Below are positions 1 to 11,700 of a stretch of DNA of 64,000 bases, piece by piece. A model generated the notes under the pieces. The model saw nothing but the letters and a program-made list of their open reading frames with translations. It was not told where the DNA came from and made no database searches. Numbering within the stretch: the stretch's first letter is position 1; the number at the start of each line of letters is the position of its first letter. The stretch is from Corallochytrium limacisporum Hawaii (lineage: Eukaryota > Protista > Pluriformea), in NCBI GenBank assembly GCA_002811645.1, contig PDIP01000069.1, forward strand, positions 1 to 64,000, written 5' to 3'. Both the position numbers and the translations under genes were made by a program.

Positions 1-270
1 GGGGGGAACTAACAAACCAAAACCCAAAAAATAAAAATACAGTGGAATCGCCGCCCTCCCCCCTACGACAGGGACTGATCCTCGCTCCCGATAGTAACAC
101 TTAAGCTCTTTTCTTGAGTACTGAATGGACGGATATACTTTTTCCAGTTCTTTGTGAGGTGTGGTAAATACGGAAACCGCGCGACTTCTCAAGCCTACTC
201 GGCCGCGGGTCTTAGGTACACCCAAAAAGCAAAAGAAAAGATGGAAAAAATGGAGAGACGCAAAAAAGAA

Positions 271-328
271 ATTCACTCGCTCGGAGCCAATTTTTTCCGC
301 CCGAGTGTCCTGTCCCCCTCTCTCTCTC
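271..328. repeat. 58-bp exact inverted repeat, copy 1 (copy 2 at 4196-4253)
   Basis: attcactcgctcggagcc...ccccctctctctctc at 271-328 is the exact reverse complement of 4196-4253, which abuts the N gap at 4254-4334. Confidence 0.9.
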
Positions 329-3300
329 TCTCACACCCTCTCTCGCTCTCTGCTTTTTATCGCTATTGTTTGTTGCGACTACTTTTTTGTCCCTTTTCTC
401 GATTGTTTTGTCCAGCAGCAGTCCACCACTGTGTCCCTCCCCCGGGGGAGCGTGCAGTTTATTTGTCGCTCGTCCCTGGACAAAGACGACAAAAAGCGGA
501 CGCCACATTTGTTCCACTGAAACAGTACTAAACATATGGAACACAAGACAGGAAGAGGTGTGATTTTCCCGCGGTGGGGTTATTGGCCCACGACTCAGTT
601 ACGTGCTAATCGTGTCTCCGGAGCTCCCATTTCGAGCAACGACTTCAAGAGAATTTCACAATTATTTTCACTCATTATACTAAATGTACGGTGTATGAAT
701 TGCCAAAGCTAGCAAAGGTGCGGAAAGAGTGATGGTAGTGGAGGACACTGGTGAACCCATCACGGTCCGGCCCTTGCGGCAAGTTTCTTAGTTTTTACAT
801 AGTTAATCTATAGATGTATGGGACAATATGTTTTTTTTTTCAGAAATCACGGGTCGCGGGTGATGGCCCGGGTCCACGGACCGGTCATCCGAGAGGGGGG
901 GATTGTTTCATAGTGAATTTATGGGAATGGAGACACCCGTCTTCGTCAAAAAAAAAAAGGACAATAAATCCCTGTCCCCGCCTTTCTTTCTCTCTCTCTC
1001 TCTCCCCGTTTCCCCTGGGCTACCCCCGCGGCCCGTCGGCTGGAAGTGAGCACACCAAGCCCCAGTGTACCGTCTCGCCTTCCTCTCTCTCCCCCCCCGG
1101 GGGGGGGGGGCCTTTTCCCTTTTTTTTTCCTTTCTCTTTGGTTGATTTCACGGAAGACAACAATGATATACTTATGATTCCAATGGCGCAACAGAAAAAA
1201 AAAGAAAGAAAGGAAAGGAAGGGTGTGTATGTGTGTCTGTTGGTAGTGTCATAGATTGATTACCTATGAGTCTCGAGTAGTGGTTTTCTAGAAACAAAAG
1301 AAAGGAAACAAAAGAGGCATGGCCGAGGCGCGCGCGACACCACGAACCGACGAAAGTCGCCGCGCTGTCCAAAAGAATAAAAACACACACAGCTACGTCC
1401 CGGAGTGATGAGATGTTCCCGACTGTGAGAGAGAGAGAGAGGGAGGGAGGGGGCGGGCGGCAAGAGTGAATCGCCGAAATTACTTCTGAAATAATAGCGC
1501 GAGAGAGAGTGAGAGAGTGATAGAGGGCGAGCGGGCGAGCGAGAGGAAACAAAAGAAAAATTAGAAAAAAGAATGTTCGCAGAGCAAATAGCAGCAAAAG
1601 GAAAGGAAGAAAATTGTTCCATTCATTTTTGTTGTGACAGGAGAAAAAAAAAAGAAGGGAACTCACTCACACAAAGACCACAACTGAGAAAGAGACCTTG
1701 TGAGCCAGCAAAGAGCATCGAGGGCGTTTGTGTGGGGTATTTGTACCCAAGAAGAAAATTTCTTCCGATTCATAACTGGTACTTCTCTCTCTCTCTCTCC
1801 CTTCTCCATCGCCTCCTTCCCGCAAATTCCCATTCTTTGTTCCTGCCGATGTAGTAAAACAATCGCGTTCTATCGCATATTATCGCCGTTAACCGGGGGA
1901 AAAAAGGCCAGATTAATAAAAAAGAACGGGCGAAAATCCACCCAAAGCGCCCTTTTTCTTTGCGTGCTGTGCGTGCTGTGCTGTGTGTGTGCGTGCGTGC
2001 GTTGTGCTGCCCACATATTAAGGTCCTGCCTGTGGTCTCGTCCTTGGACCAAGAAGGTACCAAAACCAAAGAAAACAAAAACGAAAAGAGTACAAGGGAA
2101 GGTACGAAAAGATGGCGGCCGAGACAACGAAAAGGTGGACACACAGTGGTGGAATGGTAGTAGAACACACTTGCATGACCCGTGCAGGCTTTTTTAGGCC
2201 CACCCCAGCACCGCCACCGCGCCGCGAGGAACAGAGAAGGGCTGATACCGTGTGCGATGGGAGAGCTGATCGTCTAATTTTGTGTTTATGGGCCCATGAC
2301 AGATTTCCAGGTTGCTCACTAGGCCCTGTAGTCATTGGCTGAAGCCATCAGAACACCCAGGACACACTGGCGCTTCTGTTGTTCCTTTTTAATCCTTTTT
2401 GCCTGATTCTCTGGTGTTTTTATCTCTCGCCTTTTGGGTACACACACTGCACACGCAGGGCCGCGGGCTCCGTCTTTTGGTGGTGGGGCGAAAGGGGGGG
2501 GGGGCCAAAGGGAGAGAAGAAGGAAGGGGCGGTGTTTTTTTTTGGGAGTGGGTGGGTGGAATGGTGAGAGAGAGTGAGAGTCCCTCGGGGGGGGGGCCTT
2601 GGGACGGGTTTTTTGTGTGTTGTGGTGTAGCGCACCACCGAGTCTAGCCTCACCTCCCCGGGGGGGGGGCCTTCCCTCTGCTCAGGAAAAAGGAATCGCA
2701 AGACTCACAACATACAATACTACCACTATCAGCCCCCACCTCTACCACCACCCAACCCACCCACCGCTTCTTCCTCGCCCCATTAAAGTTTTTTCGGTCC
2801 ACACCACCAAGCTTGATGCGCTCACACTCTCCTCCCTTTTCTCAGTACTCCACGTACGGGTAGGCTCACCCTCCCCTGTCGCGGTGGTGGGCTGTGCCTC
2901 CCGCGCGATTCCGCTGCGAAAAAGTCTTTCGATCGCCACCCGCCGGGGGGAGGCGGGGTGACTGCTCACCTAGAATCCCTATCCAAATCACACCTCTCTT
3001 CCAAATTTTCACCGCCAGCTCACTCTTGGTAGTGGTAGTTTGTTTGGTTTATTTTTCGTCGAAAACCACGCGTAATGAGAACCGATGGGAAACCACCGGA
3101 TTAAATTTAAGACCAAGAAGAAAACCAAACTGGCTTTCATCTTGCCCCCAGTTGTGAGTCGGTACTATTCGGAGGGGGGAAGGATGGACAGAGACACATA
3201 CCACGCGACAGTCATAGCACTTCTCCGGCACCATGAACAGAAGGACCCAAAGGACGAAAGAAGGAAGGAGGTAGCAGGGATTTTAACACCCGCGACCCGT

Positions 3301-3670
3301 CGGGCACGGTGCTGGCGGGATACCTTCTCTTTGAGGGTTTTTTGTTGCCTTGGGGTTTTTGGTTTTTTGGTTGTGAATTTTTATCTTTTGTTTTTGTCTG
3401 TCGCCCCTTTTCACTACTGCCGTTCACTGAGTTCCCCGCAGCAACTGTGCGTATTTGGATGGGGAGAGTCTTTGATTGGGACTCTTCCCTGACCGGCTGT
3501 TTTATTGTTTAAGTTCTTCTTCGTTGTAGCACTGGTCGTAGCCCAAAACCTGTGCGACAGACAAAACCCAAATGCAGAGTCGGTCGGACAGACGGGGAGA
3601 AATGAGGAGAGCAGCAGGTGAGCACCTGTGGCTCGCATGTTCAGCGCGGGTTGTCTTGGAGTCGTCGGTG

Positions 3671-3866
3671 GTAAGTCAGTATACTCCATGGCTTTAGGGA
3701 AATCATGGGTTCCGGCAAATGTGTATGCAGTACGGCTGGCCCCACAGCCGACACGTCAGCATGTCGGATACGCTGATGACGAAATATCATGATACTTGGC
3801 CTAATTGGAAGAGGACAGGATAAAATCTTAATGTATTCAATACTAACTGTCGATCTTCGATTTCAG
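3671..3866 (+). other. Putative spliceosomal intron (196 nt), probably in a 5' leader
   Basis: GTAAGT donor at 3671; TACTAAC branch point at 3841-3847; the first downstream AG is TTTCAG ending at 3866. Confidence 0.75.
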
Positions 3867-4006
3867 GTGGATGTATATCACGCCCACTTGTCCTGGCGTG
3901 TATTGTAGAGAGCTTGATTTCGGGACTTTGTCCGCAGTGGTCGATGCTATCACCCTTCACATCACTACAGAATGTTGGTCCGTTCACTACTGATAGCGAG
4001 ATAGCA

Positions 4007-4195
4007 ATGACGGTGCGCGAATGGGAAGGTAGGGCCGAAGCAAACCGCAGTGCGAACACACTCGGACAGAGCTCGGACTCAGAATCCAAGAACGGAGCGG
4101 AGATGGCATCGCAGCCTCAACCCAAACCGTCGTCCGCAACAAAACCACCGTCCCCGGAGAAAGTGAACCCCAGTGCCTCCTCCGGAGGGAACGGG
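4007..4195 (+). CDS. N-terminal fragment of a hypothetical low-complexity protein, apparently truncated by an assembly junction
   Basis: ATG in gcaATGa context downstream of a canonical intron. MTVREWEGRAEANRS...PKPSSATKPPSPEK reads like a disordered N-terminus, then runs into a GA repeat, the duplicated segment and the N gap. Confidence 0.4.
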
Positions 4196-4253
4196 GAGAG
4201 AGAGAGGGGGACAGGACACTCGGGCGGAAAAAATTGGCTCCGAGCGAGTGAAT
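4196..4253. repeat. 58-bp exact inverted repeat, copy 2
   Basis: Reverse complement of 271-328; directly followed by Ns. Confidence 0.9.
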
Positions 4254-4334
4254 NNNNNNNNNNNNNNNNNNNNNNNNNNNNNNNNNNNNNNNNNNNNNNN
4301 NNNNNNNNNNNNNNNNNNNNNNNNNNNNNNNNNN
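4254..4334. other. Assembly gap
   Basis: Run of N. Confidence 1.
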
Positions 4335-5823
4335 TCCGTAGCTAGAGCCGATGCCAGGCGCCCCCACCCCCCCCCCTCTCCCCTGTTTTTCTAACCCGGC
4401 AGCGGTGGTCTGTCAGCAATCCGCTGTTTTCCTTTTCTTTTTGGTATATTTAGCCTCTGTGGTTTTCTTTTCTTTACTCGAACCACTTCGAAAGGGGAGA
4501 AAGGAAAGGAAGGGGTGGTGGAATGACAAGAGCGGGGTGGGTGGGTCAGGCGGGAACTCGGATACCGCCAGACTGACAAAATTCGGGACACCTCAGCACA
4601 AAATAAAGAAAGAAGTAATCACCGTGACCCTTCTCCGCTCTCCGAAATGATGGAAACGACCCGGTGGCGTTGCATCTGCCAAGTACTGAATGTACCAACC
4701 AAGGCCGGCCGCACAGCGCACACGTTTGAATAAATTTAAAGGGGACCGTCGTGGGTGCGCCCCTTCAGTTTCGGCATGATCGACACCAATCCCTGCGACT
4801 AAGGTCCCATAAATGGATCTGTTGGTCCTATTCTTCATTCTAGCACTCAGAGCCATCTGCCAATAACGTTCTATATTGAACATGTGGTATTCAAGAGACA
4901 TACCCGTGATCGATATATTTTCTTTTGGGAGCCTTGATTGCATTCGGCGCCTGCCTGCCTGCTGCGGAGGCCGTCCGCGACAAAACGAGTTTTGGGCCGG
5001 GTTCGCCTTTCCCCCCTCCTCGCTGCTCCCCGATTGCTCCATACTCGAACCATAGCCAAAGGACAGGTTCCGACTTTCGGCATTTTCATCAAAGGGCTTG
5101 GGCTGCCATAAGACAGACCGGCTCTCAGCAGGTTTTTGCACGCCGTGGTCCCGTTCTTCTAAAGTTTGCACCGTTGTAATTTCTTTTTATTGTTCTGGTT
5201 CTCCGGAGAGAGGGGCTTTCTGGTCCTTCTCCAATTTCTCTTCTGCCTTTCTCTTTTTTTTTTTTAACTGTCTTTGCACCTGCCCTGCGTGGAGAGGGAA
5301 GGGTGGCTGACCAAAGGGGTCACTCAATCAAACTTTCCTCTTGTTTTTTTTCTTGCTCACTCGATTTTGCACAGCTCTCAGTACACCACCTGTCGATCCT
5401 CTAATCTTTTCCTTGTTTTGTTGTACCTTAACGCACTGTCGCTGCTGTCCGACTTCCTTCGCACCACCTTCCTTTTTATAAGGTCATGCTGTGTCGGAGG
5501 TTACCTCTCTCGTCTCTCTCGCTCTCTCCCTGTGTGTGTGTGCTCTCTCTCTCTCTCTGTGCCTTTTTGGTTGTCGAGCCAAAGGGGACACAGACCCTGA
5601 GACGGGTTCCAGAGCGTGGTTGACTAACTTTAGATTTTCATTTTCCTTTTTTTTTCTTTTTTCTTTAAATTCTAACTTGGCTCTTGAGTCTGGGTCTGCT
5701 CTATTGTGTCTCCTTTTGACCTGCGAATGCCCGGCCACCACTCCCGGCAATACCTCCCTCGGTCAACCCGACCGGGCTTCTACGCCCGGGAGATAGGGGG
5801 TTGGGCGGACCCGTTTACGCGGT

Positions 5824-5882
5824 TGGTGCTCAATCCAGACCCGCAAGAAAAAAGGGAAAAGAGAAAGATAGAGGAAAGCGCA

Positions 5883-5934
<52 letters not shown>

Positions 5935-6257
5935 NNNNNNNNNNNNNNNNNNNNNNNNNNNNNNNNNNNNNNNNNNNNNNNNNNNNNNNNNNNNNNNNNN
6001 NNNNNNNNNNNNNNNNNNNNNNNNNNNNNNNNNNNNNNNNNNNNNNNNNNNNNNNNNNNNNNNNNNNNNNNNNNNNNNNNNNNNNNNNNNNNNNNNNNNN
6101 NNNNNNNNNNNNNNNNNNNNNNNNNNNNNNNNNNNNNNNNNNNNNNNNNNNNNNNNNNNNNNNNNNNNNNNNNNNNNNNNNNNNNNNNNNNNNNNNNNTG
6201 GTGCTCAATCCAGACCCGCAAGAAAAAAGGGAAAAGAGAAAGATAGAGGAAAGCGAA

Positions 6258-6330
<73 letters not shown>
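5824..6330. repeat. (CT)n microsatellite with ~60 bp of unique flank duplicated on both sides of an N gap (5935-6198)
   Basis: 5824-5934 recurs from 6199 with one mismatch (5881 c vs 6256 a); both copies end in long (CT)n. Typical scaffolding artefact. Confidence 0.85.
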
Positions 6331-6334
<4 letters not shown>

Positions 6335-6888
6335 CTTTCCCCCTCCCCTCCGCCAACCCCCCCCCCTTCACTGCTCTACACAGCGGTTCTCCGGTAGTCT
6401 TTCTTAGTGTAATTGGGAGAAAAAGAAGGGGAGAGGGGGGAAGAGAAGGGAACTGAGGAGGGAGAGGGGGAAAGTGTTGTTCGAATATGCAGACAGAAAT
6501 GGGGACAACCGGGGTGGGTGCTGTGTGCACCTTTCGCGAGCGTGTTCGTTCCAGTTTCGAGAAAAGTGGATGGGACACATCAGCGCAGGGATGCAGAGAA
6601 CCAAATGGGCGCAGACCTCATTTTGTCGGACTTCGTTGGCAGTGTGATAATGTCGTAACAGGTTTCCAAAGGCATGTATGAAGGTACATACAGGATCAAA
6701 CCTAACCACCGGAGAATGGAGTAACGTGGCATTAAAGGTGTACAGCACGGGTTCTTGTATACCAGGGAAATACATCACAGTGTGTATCACAGCCAGGAAC
6801 ACGAACAGGTACACAATTTGGAACGACACAATGAAGTAGTTCAGCGAAGGACAAGTACGTAGAAAACACAGGACCGCAACACAACACA

Positions 6889-8313
6889 ATGGCTCCGAAC
6901 GGCAAGAGCCAACTGTACGGGCACAGGCTCTCAGAGAGCAACCCATGCAATCAGTGCAAGCTGTTCGAAAAGACTGAAAACAGCAGCGCAGTGGTGACTG
7001 ATCCCCGGACTTTGTGTGCGGCAACCATCACACAAATGGACTACGACCGGTCGGGCGCTGTGACGGTGACCGTGGACATGGGATGGGCATTCAAATTCCT
7101 GCCGGGTCACTTCCTCCTGCTCTACCGTGAGCATGATCACGACCACAAGACCAAGCTACGGCAACAGGCCGCTGACACACAGGTCCACATGGACAGCACT
7201 AATGACGAAGACCATTCTGACGGACCGTCACGAAAGAAGCAGAAGACGGTGGTACCCATGGCCTCCTTTGAAGAAGTGCCTGGATCGGCCGACTCTGCCG
7301 ATGAGGACTCCAATGAGTTTGAGTCGACACTAGAAGTACAGCCGCCTCCCATGGCCGGTGTTTTCCCCTTGAGTAACGTTCCGGGAGTTCCCGGAAAGAA
7401 TCTGGTGCAGTTCATTCTGCCCCCTACCCGCGACCACTGCGACGCTTGCAGTGAGGGCGGTTCGGCCGTCGCCGCGTGCGACTGTGGCCGTCCCCTGAGC
7501 CGCTGGTTGCGCGAGAAGGCCGTCGTTGGCAAAACCACGCTTGGTCTGAGCCGTCTGGCAGCCGGCACGTCAATTTTTGCCGACTTCCCCGCACTGGCCA
7601 GCTCCTGGCGCAGCCGAAGCCGGGCACGCCCGCTACCCGTCCTCTTCGTCTGCGACGAGGAAGGCCTGGTTGGGCTGATTAGCATGATCCGTGCGTTGTG
7701 CACGATGAAATGCAATGTCGACCTACAGATCATTATCGAAGTTGATTCGCCAGACGACCTGCCCACAGCCGAGGAGTTGGTCATGATGGCCAGCCTAATG
7801 CGATGCCTTGAGCTGACCATCTGCTACCGTAAGATTACCGACGAATCCCAGTTCAAGACGGACACTCTTATCGCCTGTGGCCGCTACTACAACAAGGCCG
7901 TCGACCAAAGCGTGCTCGAGAACACCCTCAGCCGTATGGCTATGAAGCACGCCAAGGCGCACACTGTTGAAATGCAAAGGCAGGCGCGTGACACTGGTAA
8001 CCCTGACATGGTGCAAGCCATGACCAAGGAGACAGTGGCCGCCAATTCTGCCGCGGCGGTCCACGACCTCACCAAGGCCATCCATAGCTACGTCTCTGCA
8101 CACGCTGATCTCGAGACTCTGACCCGCCAGGTTCTTGACAAGGCTGGTGTCAACACTGTCTCGCAGCTGCACGTACAGAAGAAGACGATGGAGGATCTGT
8201 GGTGCGGACACTTAGACTGTGGAGAGCACCGGCAACCCGCCGAGTCGCTGGCGTCGACTTCCCCCCCACCGGCCGCCCCTACCGCTCCCGTCAACACTGC
8301 GGTCAACGCCTGA
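6889..8313 (+). CDS. Ferredoxin-NADP reductase (FNR)-fold protein with degenerate FAD/NAD(P) motifs, 474 aa
   Basis: Ordered FNR-family landmarks: FKFLPGHF (cf. F.PGQ), LSRWLREKAVVG (cf. S.wL...l.vG), PVLFVCDEEGLVGLISMIRAL (cf. llia.GtGitP..smlr.l), QIIIEVDSPDDLPTAEEL (cf. l.y..r...dl.f.deL). Coding-like codon usage; followed by a T/A-rich 3' region. Confidence 0.65.
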   Translation: MAPNGKSQLYGHRLSESNPCNQCKLFEKTENSSAVVTDPRTLCAATITQMDYDRSGAVTVTVDMGWAFKFLPGHFLLLYREHDHDHKTKLRQQAADTQVHMDSTNDEDHSDGPSRKKQKTVVPMASFEEVPGSADSADEDSNEFESTLEVQPPPMAGVFPLSNVPGVPGKNLVQFILPPTRDHCDACSEGGSAVAACDCGRPLSRWLREKAVVGKTTLGLSRLAAGTSIFADFPALASSWRSRSRARPLPVLFVCDEEGLVGLISMIRALCTMKCNVDLQIIIEVDSPDDLPTAEELVMMASLMRCLELTICYRKITDESQFKTDTLIACGRYYNKAVDQSVLENTLSRMAMKHAKAHTVEMQRQARDTGNPDMVQAMTKETVAANSAAAVHDLTKAIHSYVSAHADLETLTRQVLDKAGVNTVSQLHVQKKTMEDLWCGHLDCGEHRQPAESLASTSPPPAAPTAPVNTAVNA

Positions 8314-8768
8314 AGCGAAGCTGGCTTAGTTTTTTCCCTTTTTCCTTTCTTTTTTTTTTGTTTCTTTTTCATTTTTTTGCCCTTTGTAATTTTTTTTTTA
8401 GCTCCGTTTTTCGGCGCGCAGCAACTGCCAGTTCCGAAAACCAAAAGAAAAGAAAAAAGAAACAAAAAAAAAAATAAGGAGAAGGAAAGAAAACGACAAA
8501 AAAAAGAAAACAAGACAGCAACAGTAGCCCTTGCCAATTTCAGTATTGGGCTCGTTCCTGTTTGTTTCTCCCCCTTTTCCCCTGTTTTCCTTTATTTCCA
8601 TTCACATTGCATAAGACCCATAAAGTCAACAACACAATCCGAGGGATGAACCATTCTCTTTTGTTGTTTGATTTTTCCCCCGATCGTTCATACATTACAT
8701 ATCGTAGAAGAATAATATAAAACAACTTCTTCAATTTTTTTGTTGAAAACATTTTCTCCTCTGGCACT

Positions 8769-11700
8769 TCACTGCTTCTCACCATAGCGCTCGTTCAGCT
8801 CCTTTTCGCGCATCTTGATGGCACGGCGGTGGAGCGTGACAATGCGTTGCATCTCCCACATCCGCTGGATACGGGCACTGCGTTCCGGTCCTGCACCAGT
8901 GCTGCTGTTGTCAATCGGGTCCGTGGAAAACATGGCACTCTGCAGGCCGCTTGATGGCTTTTGCCGCCACTGGTTCTGCAGCCGTGTGGCGGCTGCTGCG
9001 TGGGCCAAGCGCTCCCGGGCCGCACCGCTGCTAATGTTCACCTTGTGGGGAGATGCGACCGTGACGTCGGGTGGCGTGTCATGCTGCCCATGCTCGCTGT
9101 CTGTCGCGGTACTGCCTGTAGTGCCAGTGATGGGACTGTCTGCACCAGTGGAACCCACGACGTCCTCACGGATTGTCTCCAAAGCCTTCTCCCAGCGTAC
9201 CAGAGAGTTTCTCAGGCGGTCCAAGGGTCGCTCCATGAGAATCTGTGGCTCCAAGACGGTCGACAGACGGTAAGTCTTGCCGTTTACGCGCACGCTCAGG
9301 TCTTCCAACCCATCTTTACTGTCGTTGACACTGCCCGCTGGGACTCCTTTTGCGGTGCCATTGGTGGACTCACGCTGCATGCTTAGGGCGTAGTTCTCAT
9401 CCTCGGATAGCGTGGGTGAGTGCAGGAGGTACTGTTGCAGGGTAACCATGCGCGGACCGAGCTTCATGCCAATCTGTGTGGAAGCCTTGACGTTTTCGGG
9501 ACGCACACTCGACTCAGTCGATTGTGCGACAGATGCCTCCTGTGGCACGCTCCGCTCTACCGCGCTGTTGCCGCCGCTCACTGTGGTATTGCTGGTGGAC
9601 GATGCCTTCGCCATGTCGTTGCCACTCCCCCAGCCGGCAACCCCGCCACGGAGCAGACCAGTCAGGGCATCCTTCAATTTCTCGACCCGGCTTTGCTCCA
9701 AACTATGATCAACTGTGGTCGGGCATGCCTTGCGGCTGTGCTTTGTGGAGCTACCAGAGACAGTTGGACCGTGGACGTCTACACCATGGCATTGTGTCGT
9801 CTGGGCCGACTTGCCGTACAGGTGATCAACCTGTTCCATCACCATCAGCATACCGCCTCTCATCAGATCGTGGGTGGTGGCGAGGGAGCGGTAGTGGGCT
9901 TCCTGGCGTTCGAGCTTTACTCGTTTGGTTTTGCTATCGTCTGGTAGGTCTTTCAGGCCCTTGCCAATGGCCTGGAGATACGTTATGTCACTGACCACCA
10001 CACCCAGGTACGGAATAGGTGGGATATCTGTGTTGTTGCCTTCGGTGGCAGTGCAGCAAACATTCTTGACCGTGTCCTCTGCATGCATCGGATCACTGAG
10101 AGCGGAGCAGAGAATTCCCTTCACCACTTGTGGCCGCAGCGATGAGCGCTGTCCACATAGATCCATGCTGTTCCAGAGTGCCAAAGCCAGCTTCGTTCGA
10201 TAGTCACGGTGATTGTTCTGCTCGGAGACCGTCTTTACGAGGGTATTGAAGGCCTTTTTTGATTTCTGGGGCACGCGCTGCCAGGTTGCGTCCAGCCGGT
10301 AAACGGCGTTGCACTGTAGACCGGATATTAGGGCCTTCAGCGAGTGGAAATTGTTCCACTTGCGACACTTCTTGGCAATGCGAATGAAGCGGACAATGAC
10401 CTCAGCACGGGTGCGGGGCGTCTCTTGGATCAGCACGGTGGTCGCAACAAAGAGCACGAGTTGATTGAACTGTTGAATGCTGCGATGCAGAGGGTCTGGT
10501 TCATTGTTCCCTTCGGTAGGCATATCCTTCTCGCGGCTGGACATGGCGGACTTGGCAAACGAGTACAAGTCGTTTGGCTCAACACCCAAGAACATGCTGG
10601 CATCCAGATGCCACAGTTGGCGTGCCACATCAACCGGTCTCAAGTCAAAGATGGACATCGTAAAGTCGACGGAGGTGATGGATCGCAAATGTGTCGGCTT
10701 GGGTTGGTTCGTAAGGAACCGCTCTGGGATCTGTAACTGCAACGCAAAGTGTTGTAAACCACTTCTTCGCTTCTCTGCTAGGTTGGTACTGCTGTGTGGA
10801 AGTGCAGTAGAATTACCGTCAGACCACCACGCGCCACTCATTCTTTGAGAATGGTCGGTGGCTCCAGCTCGACCGGGGACTGAGCTCACGCCACCGTTCA
10901 AGGAGGAACTTATCACTTCTACACTAGTGGGATCGTCCAGTTCCACCGCTGCGGCCTCCGGCAGATCCATGCTTGGGTCTAAACCTTTCTCAAAACCAGT
11001 GAGCGTGGACAAGATTGCAGACTGGACAGGGTGTATGTCATTATCCCATGAAATTTTGACATCGTCATTGTTGGACACGTCATGATTCCGCAATTTCAGT
11101 TCTTCGTGAAACGGTTGGCCAATGGCCAAGTTCGGCAATGACGGCCGACGCTGTTGTCGGTAAATTGCTCTTGGGCGACGTTGTACTTGCCAAGCCCGTG
11201 GACTGAGAACCGGTTGGTGTTCTACAAGTTCCAGAGCGCGTTTATCTAGAGCATACCGTTCGCAACCGGCTTCGTCTCCGCAGAGGAGCTGCCGAGTGAG
11301 TATGTGAACGGTGGAGAAGAGCTCGTTTGACTGATGGACAAGGTTCTTGAGCCGAGCAGCTAGAAGTATACGCAGCTGCTCAGGTTGTGTACCTGCGCGT
11401 CCAAAGACCTTCCTCAGCTTCTTCAATTCCAATCGAATCAAGCTCATGCGGTCTCCGACCAGACTCATAAACATTAAACCGTTTGACATCTCCAGCAGGA
11501 GTGGGATGTGGGCGATGACAAAAATTTTCACGTCTCCTAAGAACCGTTCCATGCTTTGTACGATGACGTCCCGAGCGTACGACTTCTGTTCGCCTACCGG
11601 CAACATGACAATGGTGCTGATCTCTTCCAACAGAGTACGCTTCATGCCAAAGATATCAAGCTCTTCGTCCCGCGAAGACCTTCGCTTGATTGGCCGATAC

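Noticed and set aside
154-3512. Numerous 60-165 aa ORFs in the first 3.5 kb
   Set aside because: They translate microsatellite and homopolymer sequence (SLSL, RERE, FFF, KKK) with no coding signature.
4593-5171. 192-aa minus-strand ORF
   Set aside because: Non-ATG start, no recognisable motif, and it overlaps low-complexity sequence.
5824-6330. Direct repeat as LTR or biological duplication
   Set aside because: Both copies end in the same microsatellite and flank an N gap; consistent with an uncollapsed contig overlap.
6678-6839. 53-aa ORF upstream of the FNR-like gene
   Set aside because: No homology recognised and out of frame with the main ORF; length is within chance expectation without TSS data.
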